From a virus, in IMG/VR virus record IMGVR_UViG_3300031261_000003, positions 5,435-69,434 of that record: a stretch of 64,000 bases of DNA, one strand, 5' to 3'. Below the pieces are notes generated by a model that was not told the origin of the DNA, ran no database searches, and saw only the letters and a list, made by a program, of their open reading frames with translations. Shown in pieces: positions 1 through 8,128 of this stretch. The translations under genes and the position numbers were made by a program. Numbering within the stretch: position 1 is the first letter of the stretch; each line of letters opens with the position of its first letter.

Positions 1-154
1 AGGGCGTGGACAAGGATTGCCCCGCCCGCATGGAAACGCTCTGCTACGACGGGTTATGGCCGCTAGGCGACGTGAAAATTCTACGCGACGGGCTGCTGGC
101 GCTGGCGCTGCATTACGGCTTGCTTGATTGCGGCATCAACAGGGACAAGCCAAT

Positions 155-355
155 ATGACGCAGGATAGCGAGACGCTGTATTCCGCAATGAAGGCGGCGG
201 CTTGGGAGAGAGCGAAGGACGAGCTGCGCGCTTGCGTTGCTATCAGCGGTTCTCGGCATGGCGGCATCAACAGGGACAAGGCGGTTTGGGAGGCTTTCAA
301 TAAAAGCGTCGAGGATTTTATAGTTCACGTCGAGGAAAACAGATTGTCAGATTGA
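155..355 (+). CDS. hypothetical phage protein
   Basis: ATG 155 after AGGGA; ORF track. Confidence 0.5.
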   Translation: MTQDSETLYSAMKAAAWERAKDELRACVAISGSRHGGINRDKAVWEAFNKSVEDFIVHVEENRLSD

Positions 356-382
356 TTTAACGCCAACTATTAGGGGCTCGCG

Positions 383-625
383 ATGGCTGCGCAAAAGAAC
401 GTCGGCTATGACACCTTCCCGAAGCAAGGAACGTTCCTGAACCAAACCGTCGCTGTAGTCTTTCACTACGATACAACTAGGACGTTATTCGGCGTTGTTG
501 TCAGAGACGATTGCGAGGAGCCCGGCTTGATGATAATTAAGCTTGACGACGGCCGACACGTCATGGCGACCGAATGCCAATACCAACTGGTGAAGTCTGG
601 AAAGCTTGGCGGCGGCTACGGTTAG
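383..625 (+). CDS. small hypothetical phage protein
   Basis: AGGGG RBS; FPKQG...VVVRDDCEEP...IKLDDGR resembles conserved phage hypotheticals. Confidence 0.65.
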   Translation: MAAQKNVGYDTFPKQGTFLNQTVAVVFHYDTTRTLFGVVVRDDCEEPGLMIIKLDDGRHVMATECQYQLVKSGKLGGGYG

Positions 626-712
626 CCGCCTCTTGACTCCTTACAAAACTTGTGGAACACAATCAACACCGATGAATCACGCCCGTTGCCTAGCGCTGCG
701 GGCGTTTTGTTG

Positions 713-967
713 TCAGGGCTTGTCGAATCCCACTTTAAGGTCGGCTTCCGCCCTGCGTTGCTGGCGGCTGGCTTCGTTGGCAGACGATCTCAGCGTAGCC
801 TCAAGAACCTTAAGCGCCGAGGCGACCCATAGTCCGGTTGCCGTCGCGTTGTCCTCGTAGTTTATCCCCTCGTCGCCGCGGCGCTCACTCTCGGCATCGG
901 CGAGTTTCTGAGCAGCTTGCAGCGCGCGGAGAACGATACGGGCTTGGTCGTCGGTTAGTGTGATCAT
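713..967 (-). CDS. hypothetical protein, paralog of 964-1212
   Basis: Shared AE[SA]ERRGD motif; ATGA overlap. Confidence 0.65.
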   Translation of the reverse strand: MITLTDDQARIVLRALQAAQKLADAESERRGDEGINYEDNATATGLWVASALKVLEATLRSSANEASRQQRRAEADLKVGFDKP

Positions 968-1212
968 ACGTCGCCCCTCGCGATCTTGTGCAGTGCGTCC
1001 ATGTCGCTCGGCGTCATACGCGGATCGCTGGCGAGCGTTGGTTTTGGCCGGCTGGCGTCTATCCGGCCCTCAACGAGCCCCGCCGCGAAATAGATAGCCC
1101 CGTTATCGTCGGGCGCGTCGCCGCGCCGCTCGGCCTCGGCCTTGGCAAGGGTTACGGCGAGGCGCAAAGCTTTGAAAATCAGGAACGCCTCGTTGTCATC
1201 GAACTGGATCAT
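964..1212 (-). CDS. hypothetical protein, paralog of 713-967
   Basis: ATGA overlaps on both sides. Confidence 0.65.
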   Translation of the reverse strand: MIQFDDNEAFLIFKALRLAVTLAKAEAERRGDAPDDNGAIYFAAGLVEGRIDASRPKPTLASDPRMTPSDMDALHKIARGDV

Positions 1213-1634
1213 GGCGCGAATCCTTCTAATTTTGCGAGCGCGACCTCTGCCGACCTAATGCGCTCATTGATCAGAATATAATTTGTGTTTCCGAGGTCTT
1301 GGCGAAGCGTATGCTCAAACGCTGACCATGCGCCGCCTATGTCGAGGACTAGCCATTTTAACGCCTCCCGCGCCTGCGTCAGCAAGGCATCGCGTTCCTT
1401 TGCCGCCGCCTTGAATTGTTCTAAGCCGGCGCTCAAATCGGAAGATCGCCGGCCGCTCTTGATCGCGTCGTTAACGCAGAGCTTGACCCGCTCGACGCGC
1501 GACGCCGGTTCGTTCTCATTAAGCCAGCGCACCGTCTGCGCGTCGATCCCCTCGCGTTCCTCGTCGGCGACGTCGAGCGCCTTGTTCAGATCGTCGATCT
1601 CAGTTTGCAGGGTGTCGCGCTCAAGCGTGGTCAT
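1209..1634 (-). CDS. coiled-coil hypothetical protein
   Basis: Operon context, GGAG RBS. Confidence 0.6.
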   Translation of the reverse strand: MTTLERDTLQTEIDDLNKALDVADEEREGIDAQTVRWLNENEPASRVERVKLCVNDAIKSGRRSSDLSAGLEQFKAAAKERDALLTQAREALKWLVLDIGGAWSAFEHTLRQDLGNTNYILINERIRSAEVALAKLEGFAP

Positions 1635-1637
1635 GTC

Positions 1638-1949
1638 TCAAAACTCCTCGGGCAGCAAAATCGTCGTCCGCGAACAATCCGCCTCGGTCAGAATCCACAC
1701 GGTATTTTCGCCGTGGCCCACGCAAGGTTTGTCGGGGTCGATAGGATACGCGCTAAGGATTCGTCCGTCCGTGGCAAGGGCTTCCGTGTCGGTTCCGGCT
1801 GCGGCGGCTCGGTTGACTTCCGCGTCCTCGTCGCTGACTACGCCGAAGTCGCCGGTTGCATGGCGACGCAGTAACGCGCCCAAGTTGATTTCTGCCAACA
1901 TTGCTCCCGGCGTAATGATCAACTCGCCGAGCGGAAATAATTGCTTCAT
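1638..1949 (-). CDS. conserved phage/plasmid hypothetical protein
   Basis: FPLG..TPG, RH..GDFG, RILSAY, WILTEAD.S.TTILLPEE motifs. Confidence 0.75.
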   Translation of the reverse strand: MKQLFPLGELIITPGAMLAEINLGALLRRHATGDFGVVSDEDAEVNRAAAAGTDTEALATDGRILSAYPIDPDKPCVGHGENTVWILTEADCSRTTILLPEEF

Positions 1950-2233
1950 GGTGTAATATCCCTCAAATCCTCGTCCGTCAGAGCCGCGCAATATTCGCGC
2001 CATTGCCTATGGACCGGAATCGGCATTTCGAACTGGCGAACTGTCATGGATAATGTACCGATGAACGGCATTTTCAAAGGCGGTAGCTCAACGAGCAGGC
2101 CGTCTTTGACCATCCGATCGAGAACCCTGGCTTGAACCGGCGGCGAGAATTCGCCGCATCCGATGAGATCAAGCGCGCGGCGCTCGGATTTCGTGCGGCC
2201 GGGATGCTTTGTTTTCCATTGATCGTAGGTCAC
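1946..2233 (-). CDS. hypothetical protein
   Basis: GTG 2233 overlaps upstream stop (GTGA). Confidence 0.55.
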   Translation of the reverse strand: MTYDQWKTKHPGRTKSERRALDLIGCGEFSPPVQARVLDRMVKDGLLVELPPLKMPFIGTLSMTVRQFEMPIPVHRQWREYCAALTDEDLRDITP

Positions 2234-2433
2234 CGCGTTAACCTCATGAGCGCGGCGTGGGCGTCGCCAAGGTCTTTTCGCAGTTTGTCGATAACCTTCT
2301 CGACTTTCTTCGGCCCCTCGTCGCGGGAATTGATCCAATCGATTAGAAGCTTGTCGAGGTTGCCGACTATAATCAGCGTGTCTTGTAGCGTCCGAATCTC
2401 GCGGTCATTGCCGGGGTTATGGATGGTGGTCAT
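2230..2433 (-). CDS. hypothetical protein
   Basis: Overlapping start/stop chain. Confidence 0.6.
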   Translation of the reverse strand: MTTIHNPGNDREIRTLQDTLIIVGNLDKLLIDWINSRDEGPKKVEKVIDKLRKDLGDAHAALMRLTR

Positions 2434-2744
2434 GGCGCTGGCTCCGTGGTGTTTTCCGCATCGGCGAGGGCGCAGATAGCCACCTCTGCCTCATGGAACG
2501 CCTGCGCTCTATCACTATGCATCTCTGCGACAACATCCGGCTGGCCTGGATGTTCGCGTCGTATAGCCGCTTCTCGCTTTGTGAGTTCGGCCGCTCGACA
2601 CGCGCTCATATTGATGGCGGCCTCTCTCAGCGCCGCCGCGCGCTCGGAGCGGGCGAAGGCGACGAAATCATAGAAATTAGGATCGCTGCCTGCACTTCGG
2701 CATGACGTGACCAATTCGCGCGCTCTTTGTTCAATCGTGCTCAC
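2430..2744 (-). CDS. hypothetical protein
   Basis: GTG start after AGGGGG; operon chain. Confidence 0.55.
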   Translation of the reverse strand: MSTIEQRARELVTSCRSAGSDPNFYDFVAFARSERAAALREAAINMSACRAAELTKREAAIRREHPGQPDVVAEMHSDRAQAFHEAEVAICALADAENTTEPAP

Positions 2745-2761
2745 GGTTGCCCCCCTGTAGT

Positions 2762-3040
2762 TTAGGCCGCGAAGCGCGGGCGAAAAGCGTTCTTGAGCGT
2801 CCCGGTCGCCCGGTCGAGATTGGCGGCGATGCCGTCGAGATCATGCAAAAAGTTGAACTCGTCGGCCGCCAGCAGCGCGTCGAGGCGCAGCGGCGCGGCG
2901 TTGAGGTGGGTTTCCGTGATGTCCATAAGTAGAGCCGTGCGGCTTTCGTAAGCGCTACGGACCCAGGGCAGCGCCCAGCCTCGATTCGTAATCTGCTCGA
3001 TGACCTCGCGGTCGTTGTTGGAAATCTTGAAGCGGACCAT
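2762..3040 (-). CDS. DUF6874-like phage protein
   Basis: MDI..TH...PLRLDALLAADEFNF.HD..GI..NLDR.TG.L...F.PRF motif. Confidence 0.7.
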   Translation of the reverse strand: MVRFKISNNDREVIEQITNRGWALPWVRSAYESRTALLMDITETHLNAAPLRLDALLAADEFNFLHDLDGIAANLDRATGTLKNAFRPRFAA

Positions 3041-3066
3041 ATCGAATCTCCGGTTGGCGTTTGATT

Positions 3067-3095
3067 ATCTTATTAGCTAGCGATACAGATAGCAA
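3067..3095 (-). promoter_or_regulatory. sigma70-like promoter TTGCTA-N17-TAAGAT
   Basis: Read directly; upstream of GGAG RBS and ATG 3040. Confidence 0.7.
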
Positions 3096-3104
3096 GATAA
3101 TTTG

Positions 3105-3314
3105 TTAATCAAGGAGCCCCAAGGCGTCGGCCGCGTTGGCGATGGTCATTCGCTTGGCGAGGTCAAGTCGGACGTCGGCGCGGTGCGCGCTGCCGTCGTC
3201 GTAAAGCGCGACGCTTACCGAACCGCGCCGGATGATAACCCGCGTTCCGCTGCCCTCGACGACGTACTCAGGCCCCGCTCGCCGGGCTAGATTTATCAGT
3301 TGCGTGCGGCGCAT
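3105..3314 (-). CDS. hypothetical protein
   Basis: AAGGGG RBS. Confidence 0.55.
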   Translation of the reverse strand: MRRTQLINLARRAGPEYVVEGSGTRVIIRRGSVSVALYDDGSAHRADVRLDLAKRMTIANAADALGLLD

Positions 3315-3331
3315 CGCTTACCCCCTTATGG

Positions 3332-3565
3332 TCAGGCGCCGGCAAAGCCGTTGCGGATTTCCGGCCCCTCGCCGTCGTCGTTGCGGGCGTCGGTCCGTTC
3401 CTGCTCGCGGGCGACGGCGAGCTTGGCGTGTAAGGATTTGGCGAAAGCGCGCTCGGCGGGCGATATGCCGCGCTGGCTGCTTTCAAGCGCCGACCGAATA
3501 TAGGCCGAAAGCCCGTCCATGAGGATTGCGGCTTCGTTGTCGGTTAGGTTGAGCTTCACAGTCAT
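3332..3565 (-). CDS. hypothetical protein
   Basis: AAGGAG RBS. Confidence 0.65.
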   Translation of the reverse strand: MTVKLNLTDNEAAILMDGLSAYIRSALESSQRGISPAERAFAKSLHAKLAVAREQERTDARNDDGEGPEIRNGFAGA

Positions 3566-3616
3566 GGCTTGGTCTCCTTGAGGTTGGCGGCCTTGCGCGG
3601 GCCGCCGGTTGAGGTC

Positions 3617-3832
3617 TTAGGCAGCGAGATCGAGTTCGGCTTTGCCGGCTTTGGCGAGCCACTGATCGATAACGAGAGCGTTAAATTCTAGGTAGTTGTC
3701 CATCAGCCAAACGTTGTCGGTGTCGCCCAAGGCGGCGAACTTCGCCCGGTCGGCGCGGTAGATGTCGGCGCGAGCGCGGCCGAAGCGAACGGCGTCGAGA
3801 GCGAATTTTACGTCATATTCGGCGTTGGTCAT
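3617..3832 (-). CDS. hypothetical protein
   Basis: ATG 3832 downstream of promoter and hairpin. Confidence 0.6.
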   Translation of the reverse strand: MTNAEYDVKFALDAVRFGRARADIYRADRAKFAALGDTDNVWLMDNYLEFNALVIDQWLAKAGKAELDLAA

Positions 3833-3851
3833 TAGTTTGTCTCTAGTTCTG

Positions 3852-3910
3852 GCGGTCGGTGGCGTCCGGCCCGCAAGAAAAAGAATACGAGATAACGAGA
3901 TAATATGCAA
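3852..3910 (-). promoter_or_regulatory. promoter TTGCAT-N17-TATTCT plus ACGCCA-loop hairpin
   Basis: -35 at 3905-3910, -10 at 3882-3887, loop 3860-3865. Confidence 0.65.
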
Positions 3911-3952
3911 GCTAATTATCAAGACAATGTGACACTTCGCACGCTTTTGTTG

Positions 3953-4225
3953 CTAGGCGTCAAACGCGGCCAGCTTGGCGGCGCGGCGCGCGTCGCGATC
4001 CGCTCGGATTTCCCTCTCAAAGCTCTTGACGTTCGCGCCGTTGAAAGCGCGAAGGCGCGTAAACGCGCGGGCCTGGGCCTGCTTGAGCGCCGACCAGTTC
4101 GCGTCTTTGTTGGCGTCCAACGTCAAGCCGTTTGCCGCCCTTGGATAGGCGTTGAGCAAAGCGCCGATCTTGCGAACGGCCAGCTTTAAGTTTTCCTGAA
4201 TCGCGAGAAAATCGGCGTAAGTCAT
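3953..4225 (-). CDS. hypothetical protein
   Basis: GGAGG RBS before ATG 4225. Confidence 0.6.
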   Translation of the reverse strand: MTYADFLAIQENLKLAVRKIGALLNAYPRAANGLTLDANKDANWSALKQAQARAFTRLRAFNGANVKSFEREIRADRDARRAAKLAAFDA

Positions 4226-4229
4226 GAGA

Positions 4230-4457
4230 TCAGCCCTCCGAGGCGACATAAACCGCGTGGTCAATCGCGGCTTTCTTGCTCTTGAAGCGACGCTTGAGAG
4301 CGTTGCCGGCCGGATGCCAGAACCAATCGGCGCCCGCGCAAGCATGCGTGATGACCGACCAAAGGACGCGCGTATCGGCGCGGCGGACAGCGATCTCAAC
4401 GGCGCCATCGCCGAGCTTGAAGGCTTGAACCGAAACGACGTTGGAACGGATCTGCAT
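4230..4457 (-). CDS. hypothetical protein
   Basis: AGGAG RBS. Confidence 0.6.
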   Translation of the reverse strand: MQIRSNVVSVQAFKLGDGAVEIAVRRADTRVLWSVITHACAGADWFWHPAGNALKRRFKSKKAAIDHAVYVASEG

Positions 4458-4465
4458 GGCGTATC

Positions 4466-4522
4466 TCCTGGGGAGTGGCGTCTCCCAGGAATAGATATAC
4501 GCGCGATTTGATTAGCTTGCAA
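4466..4522 (-). promoter_or_regulatory. promoter plus ACGCCA-loop hairpin overlapping the SD
   Basis: TCCTGGGAG-ACGCCA-CTCCCCAGGA; TTGCAA-N17-TATATC. Confidence 0.65.
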
Positions 4523-4560
4523 ACACATTCGCACATTAGCTTTATAATTAGTAATAAGGC

Positions 4561-4905
4561 TCAATACCCCATCGCTTCGGCGGAGTAATCGCGCTGCCGC
4601 CCACGGCCCCACGTCCAAGCCGGATAAGGAACGGACTCGTCAGGAAACGCGACGACGGCGAGCTGATCGAGGTTGCAGCGTCCGACTTCGCTGCGGTCCA
4701 TGTGCCCATCGCAATCGCGCGCCGAAGTGTCGCACTCGAATTGTACATGGTCACCCTCATGCGTCCAGACGCTTTGTTCGCTCCAATAACCCTCGTCGGT
4801 TCCGCCGCCCGTTCGGTGCGCAATTTCCTGCCCAGGGCGAAGCGTAAGCCTGACTGGCGAGCCGTTTATTAGGGTCCAGAATCGAGCGTTGCGAAGCTTG
4901 GTCAT
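4561..4905 (-). CDS. hypothetical phage protein
   Basis: GAGGG RBS; TDEG, RDCDG, QRDYSAE motifs. Confidence 0.7.
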   Translation of the reverse strand: MTKLRNARFWTLINGSPVRLTLRPGQEIAHRTGGGTDEGYWSEQSVWTHEGDHVQFECDTSARDCDGHMDRSEVGRCNLDQLAVVAFPDESVPYPAWTWGRGRQRDYSAEAMGY

Positions 4906-4918
4906 GTTGGGGTTTCCC

Positions 4919-5191
4919 TCAGAAGTTGAAAGCGACCTGGCGCGCGTCAACAGCGGCGCGAGCGGCGCGAACGGCGAGATAGGCGCGAGCGAGTTCGAGG
5001 CGAACGAGGCGATCCTCGGCGCGACTGGCGAGAACGGCGGCGTTGTTCTCGTCGAGTCGCGCGGCGTAGGCTTGCGCCTTGGCGTTGGTCTTGAACGCGG
5101 TGCAAACCGGCTCGTCAGCCGCGCGAAAAAACATGATCTTGCCTTCGACGGCGAAAACGTTCTTTGCGAGCTTGGTAACGGTCGAGGTCAT
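4919..5191 (-). CDS. hypothetical protein
   Basis: GGAG RBS before ATG 5191. Confidence 0.6.
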   Translation of the reverse strand: MTSTVTKLAKNVFAVEGKIMFFRAADEPVCTAFKTNAKAQAYAARLDENNAAVLASRAEDRLVRLELARAYLAVRAARAAVDARQVAFNF

Positions 5192-5211
5192 TGGCTTTTC
5201 TCCGCTTCGCT

Positions 5212-5266
5212 CGGACGTGGCGTCGTCCGGTATGTTCTTTGTAACGCGACGCGCGCAAGATAGCAA
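5212..5266 (-). promoter_or_regulatory. promoter TTGCTA-N17-TACAAA plus ACGCCA-loop hairpin
   Basis: CGGACG-ACGCCA-CGTCCG, perfect 6-bp stem. Confidence 0.7.
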
Positions 5267-5354
5267 GAGGATGTGCTAATGAAATATCACGCTATCAAAT
5301 TATTATTGGCGCCTGTCACCCAGAGCGCCCGATCCGAGCGCCCTGGGCTCTTGG

Positions 5355-5801
5355 TTAGGCGTCCTTTAAGAACGCCGCGCGAGCTTCGACGAGCCCGACG
5401 CTCAAAGCGTCGCCGCTCTGGCGATTGGCTTCGTAGGCGACCTTCGCCGCGACAAAGCGCTTAAGCGTCTCTTGAGCTTCGGCCGGAACGCCAGCGCCCC
5501 AATTTTCGAGAAACTTCGCAGCCTCGGCCGCGTCGCAATATTCGCTAAGGCCGCGCGAAACGACATGGCCCGCTTCGTCGAGATACATTGCCGCGCCGAA
5601 CTTGCAGTATGTTCCGGCTTTTGGCTTGTTCCAAACGAGCCCGGCGCGATTCGGATTCGTCGTTTGCGAGACGAGGCGGCAACCGAAGCCCGGCTTGTAT
5701 TCGATCCAATAGCGGATCGTGCAGCGAAGGCGATAGCCGTAGGGATAATCGGCGACGACGTAGGCGGTTTCTGGCGAGATATGTCCGACGAGGTTGGTCA
5801 T
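5355..5801 (-). CDS. conserved phage hypothetical protein
   Basis: H.SPETAYVV.DYPYG.RLRC..RYWIE...QTTNP..WNKPK motif. Confidence 0.75.
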   Translation of the reverse strand: MTNLVGHISPETAYVVADYPYGYRLRCTIRYWIEYKPGFGCRLVSQTTNPNRAGLVWNKPKAGTYCKFGAAMYLDEAGHVVSRGLSEYCDAAEAAKFLENWGAGVPAEAQETLKRFVAAKVAYEANRQSGDALSVGLVEARAAFLKDA

Positions 5802-5815
5802 TGGCTTGTCTCCGT

Positions 5816-5867
5816 TCGGGTGGCGTCCCGATAAAGCTAACTTAGTCGCTTGCAAACAAGATAGCAA
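5816..5867 (-). promoter_or_regulatory. promoter TTGCTA-N17-TAAGTT plus ACGCCA-loop hairpin
   Basis: TCGGG-ACGCCA-CCCGA. Confidence 0.7.
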
Positions 5868-5930
5868 GATAAAACGACAGGCTATCGCGTTTTAGCCGCG
5901 CCGGATCGCACCCGGCGCAGCGCTAACGCC

Positions 5931-6023
5931 TTACGGCAGGAAGCGGTCTACGAGTTGCGCGTAGCCAACGACGGCGAGCGCGATAGTAACGAAAGCGCAA
6001 TAGGACGTAACGGTATTGAGCAT
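5931..6023 (-). CDS. 30-aa hydrophobic peptide (not in ORF track)
   Basis: MLNTVTSYCAFVTIALAVVGYAQLVDRFLP; GGAG RBS; preceded by ACGCCA hairpin. Confidence 0.6.
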   Translation of the reverse strand: MLNTVTSYCAFVTIALAVVGYAQLVDRFLP

Positions 6024-6039
6024 TGGTTTTCTCCGGTTC

Positions 6040-6057
6040 CGGCGATGGCGTTCGCCG
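6040..6057 (-). promoter_or_regulatory. ACGCCA-loop hairpin
   Basis: CGGCGA-ACGCCA-TCGCCG, perfect 6-bp stem. Confidence 0.7.
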
Positions 6058-6145
6058 TGCTTCAAACTAGCGCTAATGTTATAACAAATTATAAAGACTA
6101 TCCATTCGCAATGTAGTTCGCTAGCGAAATAGCAAGGGCAAACGC

Positions 6146-6367
6146 ATGTCGAAGCAAGAGTCTATCGCGACCTACGCCCGGTCTTGCTTCGTCGCGTCGT
6201 CCCTCGTTATCTCGAAATGCGAATGCGGCTGTGGAAATACAAAACTGCTCCTGCTCGACAGAAAAGACCGCGTCCGCGCAACGGCGACGGCCGCGCCGGA
6301 CGATCTTATCAAGATGGCGAGAACGGCCAAGACTGACGAGCCAATGCGCATAGAGCCGCTGAACTGA
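6146..6367 (+). CDS. hypothetical protein
   Basis: AAGGG RBS; CECGC motif. Confidence 0.5.
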   Translation: MSKQESIATYARSCFVASSLVISKCECGCGNTKLLLLDRKDRVRATATAAPDDLIKMARTAKTDEPMRIEPLN

Positions 6368-6375
6368 GGTCAACA

Positions 6376-6534
6376 ATGTCGCCACTCCTTATAATCATAA
6401 TTCTCGTACTGCTCTTTGGTGTTGGCGGCGGATACTACGCGCACAACAGCTACGGTCCGCAATGGAGTGGCGGCATCGGCGTTATAGTTGTTATTGTCGT
6501 CCTGTTCCTCGTCTTTGGCGGCGGAAGACTATAG
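6376..6534 (+). CDS. DUF3309-like small two-TM membrane protein (not in ORF track)
   Basis: MSPLLIIIILVLLFGVGGGYYAHNSYGPQWSGGIGVIVVIVVLFLVFGGGRL; GAGG RBS. Confidence 0.7.
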   Translation: MSPLLIIIILVLLFGVGGGYYAHNSYGPQWSGGIGVIVVIVVLFLVFGGGRL

Positions 6535-6542
6535 GAGCCGCG

Positions 6543-7076
6543 ATGTTTTCCGACCAGCATTTGCAGGAAATGTTCTCCCGAATGGACGCCCTGTCGCGGT
6601 CGCCCTCGGCTAATTCGGCCAACCTCGACGGCCTAACTTCCCAATTGAGCGCCATCGCCGCCGCTCAAAGCGCGCAGACCGCGCTAATTCAGGCGATCAC
6701 CACCCAAGGAAACCAGCTTATGAGCGCTTTGACCGATCTGCAAACGAGCGTGGCAAGCCTGACGACGGCCGCCGCAACGCTGATCACGCTTGAGACGGCC
6801 GCCATTGCCAACGCCAGCGCCAGCGGCGACGACGCGGGCGTCGAGGCCGCAGTAACCAACATCAACAAGATCACGGCGAATCTCACCGCCGCCGGCGCCG
6901 CGCTTCCCACCGCGCCCGCCGTCGTAACACCGGCTGCCGCCACGAGCACGCTTGCGCCGACCGCCGCGCCGATCCCTGCCCCGGCTGTTGCGCCAACCCC
7001 CGCGCCGCCTACCGCCGCCGCGCCGGCTGCGGCTGCGCCGGCTGGCGCCGTTCCGCCCGCCACGCCTCACACGTAA
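6543..7076 (+). CDS. Ala/Thr/Pro-rich helical protein with possible internal start at 6720
   Basis: AGGAG RBS; internal AAGGA...ATG. Confidence 0.65.
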   Translation: MFSDQHLQEMFSRMDALSRSPSANSANLDGLTSQLSAIAAAQSAQTALIQAITTQGNQLMSALTDLQTSVASLTTAAATLITLETAAIANASASGDDAGVEAAVTNINKITANLTAAGAALPTAPAVVTPAAATSTLAPTAAPIPAPAVAPTPAPPTAAAPAAAAPAGAVPPATPHT

Positions 7077-7100
7077 TTCTAACAGGCAACGAGGCGCGCC

Positions 7101-7361
7101 ATGCTGATCGGCCGGCACTCCGCAACAACGCGAACGCTCGGCGCGCCGCCGACTTGGAATCGCAAGATCGACGGCGAGTGCGGTAGCCTGCCCGTCGCCG
7201 ATCTCATGTCGCCGTCCGGCCCAGTGATGGAGTCCGCTTGGCTTCCGAACGCCGACGAGATCGAGCGGCTCATTGCCGGCGCGCCGATCATTCTCGGCGT
7301 TCTCGGCGAGGGTCATCCGCCGGTCTATCTCGGCGTTGGGGCCGCGCCCGATGCTTTATGA
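7101..7361 (+). CDS. conserved phage hypothetical protein
   Basis: LGAP..W.....GEC..LPV, SAW.P..DE, HPPV motifs. Confidence 0.7.
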   Translation: MLIGRHSATTRTLGAPPTWNRKIDGECGSLPVADLMSPSGPVMESAWLPNADEIERLIAGAPIILGVLGEGHPPVYLGVGAAPDAL

Positions 7362-7421
7362 TCTCGCGTTCTGCGCCGCCATCGCCCTGCTGGTCGTTGT
7401 TATGACGGTCGCGGCGACCTG

Positions 7422-7988
7422 ATGGCGGCGCGCAAAGCGACGTCGCCGCGTAAAACCGCGCTAACGCCGCGCGCTGACCTCGCCGTTGTCTATCGCGATC
7501 CGCGCGAGCTTGTCGCGTATGAACGCAATGCGCGCACCCATTCACCCGCGCAAATTCTAGAAATCCAAAGCTCGATTCTTGAGTTCGGATTTACCAACCC
7601 GGTATTATTGCGCGACGAGCGAAACATCGGCGCCGGCCATGCCCGAACTTTGGCGGCCGTCGGGCTTGGCCTTGCGCGCGTTCCGACGATAACTTTGCCC
7701 GACCTGAGCGAAGCGCAATGGCGAGCCTATGTCATCGCCGATAATAAGCTGGCTTTGAACGCCTCCTGGGACGAAAGCCTGTTAAAGCTCGAATTTGGCG
7801 CGTTAAAAGACCTTGGCTTTGAGTTGACGCTAACCGGCTTTACGCTCGACGAGATCGGCGCGCTCACGCCGCTTCCAGGAACGCCGCCCGATGATTTCAA
7901 GAGCTTCGGCGACGACATTGATACTGAACACGAATGCCCGAGGTGTAAATTTAAGTGGAGCGGAAAATCGGAACCCGAATCTTCGTAG
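7422..7988 (+). CDS. ParB/Srx-like N-terminal domain protein with C-terminal CxxC
   Basis: NARTHS..QI...SI.EFGFTNPVL, AGH.R, ADNKLA, WD..LL. Confidence 0.85.
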   Translation: MAARKATSPRKTALTPRADLAVVYRDPRELVAYERNARTHSPAQILEIQSSILEFGFTNPVLLRDERNIGAGHARTLAAVGLGLARVPTITLPDLSEAQWRAYVIADNKLALNASWDESLLKLEFGALKDLGFELTLTGFTLDEIGALTPLPGTPPDDFKSFGDDIDTEHECPRCKFKWSGKSEPESS

Positions 7989-8128
7989 AAAACTTCTCAG
8001 GGTTTACGAAAGACGGCGTGAAGTTCGACGATATGGTTCACACGTTCTTTGAATGCACCAATCAGCCGATGCCGCCGATCATCGCCGGCCGCGCGATAAA
8101 ATATTTCACCGATGACAAAGGCGAGGAC

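Noticed and set aside
5816-5831. ACGCCA hairpins as tRNA 3'-end remnants or att cores
   Set aside because: No T-arm (GTTCRA) or cloverleaf upstream, and the flanks differ between copies.
2762-6100. CRISPR array or integron cassette array
   Set aside because: No identical direct repeats with regular spacers, no attC GTT/AAC boxes recognised, and no cas or tyrosine integrase gene.
7950-7990. Programmed frameshift fusing the ParB-like gene to the methyltransferase
   Set aside because: No canonical slippery heptamer in the overlap, and the MTase has its own GAGGA RBS.
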